Assembly (NCBI RefSeq): GCF_003334355.1
Contig: NZ_QOWP01000107.1
Reading direction: 5' to 3' (one strand)
Length of the DNA: 434 nt
Origin: Escherichia coli
Lineage (GTDB): Bacteria; Pseudomonadota; Gammaproteobacteria; Enterobacterales; Enterobacteriaceae
Shown piece by piece: positions 1 to 434 of this stretch. The notes under the pieces are model-generated. The model searched no databases. It was not told the origin of the DNA and was given only the letters and a program-made list of their open reading frames with translations. Each line of letters opens with the position of its first letter. Within the stretch, counting starts at the first letter, position 1. The position numbers were made by a program, and so were the translations under genes.

Positions 1-41
1 TCAAAAACATCGCATTTAACTATATTGTGAGGCTTGCATAA
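1..41 (+). CDS. 3' end of an upstream gene (partial, 5' end outside window), probably the side tail fibre gene that normally precedes tfa; codons begin at nt 3 and translate ...[12 protein letters not shown]
   Basis: Seen in sequence: the frame beginning at nt 3 is the only + frame open from the window start to the tfa start (the other two + frames stop at 17-19 TAA and 28-30 TGA). It ends at TAA 39-41, sharing one base with ATG 41-43. Established knowledge: tail fibre genes in lambdoid, Mu and P2-like phages sit directly upstream of their assembly chaperone, often with overlapping stop and start. Only 13 codons are visible, so the product identity is inferred. Confidence 0.45.
   Translation, partial: KNIAFNYIVRLA
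27..32 (+). promoter_or_regulatory. Shine-Dalgarno / ribosome-binding site for the tfa-like CDS (GTGAGG, core GAGG at 29-32)
   Basis: Seen in sequence: the purine-rich GAGG motif ends 8 nt before ATG 41, a typical spacing for enterobacterial translation initiation. It lies inside the last codons of the upstream ORF, consistent with translational coupling. Confidence 0.5.
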
Positions 42-434
42 TGGCATTCAGAATGAGTGAACAACCACGGACCATAAAAATTTATAATCTGCTGGCCGGA
101 ACTAATGAATTTATTGGTGAAGGTGACGCATATATTCCGCCTCATACAGGTCTGCCAGCAAACAGTACCGATATTGCACCGCCAGATATTCCGGCAGGCT
201 TCGTGGCTGTTTTCAACAGTGATGAGGCATCGTGGCATCTCGTTGAAGATCATCGGGGAAAAACCGTCTATGACGTGGCTTCCGGCGACGCGTTATTTAT
301 TTCTGAACTCGGTCCGTTACCGGAAAATGTTACCTGGTTATCGCCGGGAGGGGAATATCAGAAGTGGAACGGCACAGCCTGGGTGAAGGATACGGAAGCA
401 GAAAAACTGTTCCGGATCCGGGAGGCGGAAGAAA
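41..434 (+). CDS. tfa: Phage tail fibre assembly protein (Tfa family chaperone), N-terminal 131 codons; 3' end runs past the window edge
   Basis: Seen in sequence: ATG at 41 is followed by 131 sense codons with no stop up to the window end (last full codon 431-433), with an SD upstream and enterobacterial-style codon usage. Established knowledge: the translation matches, from memory, the N-terminus of E. coli prophage tail fibre assembly proteins (TfaE/TfaR/TfaQ-like), which share their conserved part with lambda Tfa, Mu U and P2 G. These paralogs are nearly identical, so I cannot say which one this is; the symbol is generic. No search was run. Confidence 0.9.
   Translation, partial: MAFRMSEQPRTIKIYNLLAGTNEFIGEGDAYIPPHTGLPANSTDIAPPDIPAGFVAVFNSDEASWHLVEDHRGKTVYDVASGDALFISELGPLPENVTWLSPGGEYQKWNGTAWVKDTEAEKLFRIREAEE

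Noticed and set aside
1-26. A/T-rich stretch at the window start (AAAAACATCGCATTTAACTATATT) considered as an intergenic promoter region
   Set aside because: The frame from nt 3 is open through this stretch and ends in a stop overlapping the tfa start, so it is better explained as the coding 3' end of the upstream gene.
53-55. In-frame ATG (Met5) as an alternative tfa start
   Set aside because: It has no purine-rich SD at suitable spacing, whereas ATG 41 has GAGG 8 nt upstream and a TAATG overlap with the upstream gene. The protein as I recall it begins MAFRMSEQ...
83-88. Perfect TATAAT hexamer, a possible -10 promoter element
   Set aside because: It sits inside the coding sequence within an A/T-rich codon run (AAA ATT TAT AAT), with no convincing -35 (TTGACA-like) about 17 bp upstream and no TG extended -10. 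It is most likely coincidental.
20-253. Track ORF, - strand, 77 aa ([24 protein letters not shown]...), antisense to the tfa-like CDS
   Set aside because: It is antisense to a well-supported CDS and would have to start inside it and run across the tfa start and upstream junction. The cysteine-rich translation matches nothing I recognise. It is typical of a spurious antisense frame.
105-386. Track ORF, + strand, 93 aa ([15 protein letters not shown]...), lying in a different frame entirely within the tfa-like CDS
   Set aside because: It is in the +1 frame relative to a strongly supported gene, has no Shine-Dalgarno before its ATG, and its translation is arginine-rich with low complexity and nothing I recognise. 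It is most likely a chance open frame. An overlapping embedded gene cannot be strictly excluded without conservation or ribosome-profiling data.
412-421. 10-bp perfect palindrome CCGGATCCGG (contains a BamHI site)
   Set aside because: It is short, lies inside the coding sequence (codons for F-R-I-R), and has no adjacent T-run or longer stem. It is not a credible terminator or protein-binding site on this evidence.

Overview
This 434-bp window is almost entirely coding on the + strand and looks like an ordinary piece of a tailed-phage or prophage tail-fibre module, not a novel system. A single reading frame starts at ATG 41 and runs without a stop to the window edge (131 codons, 3' end truncated). 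Its translation ([131 protein letters not shown]) I recognise from memory as the N-terminal part of an enterobacterial phage tail fibre assembly protein (Tfa family, as in E. coli cryptic-prophage Tfa proteins, lambda Tfa, Mu U and P2 G). The first 41 nt appear to be the 3' end of an upstream gene in another frame, ending in a TAA that overlaps the tfa start (TAATG), with a GAGG Shine-Dalgarno 8 nt upstream of the ATG. Both ORFs in the supplied six-frame track (20..253 minus, 105..386 plus) are out of frame or antisense to this gene and I judge them spurious. The real gene is absent from the track, presumably because it has no stop inside the window. No RNA genes, CRISPR repeats or mobile-element ends are visible. 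I ran no database searches; the homology call rests on recognition and should be confirmed.
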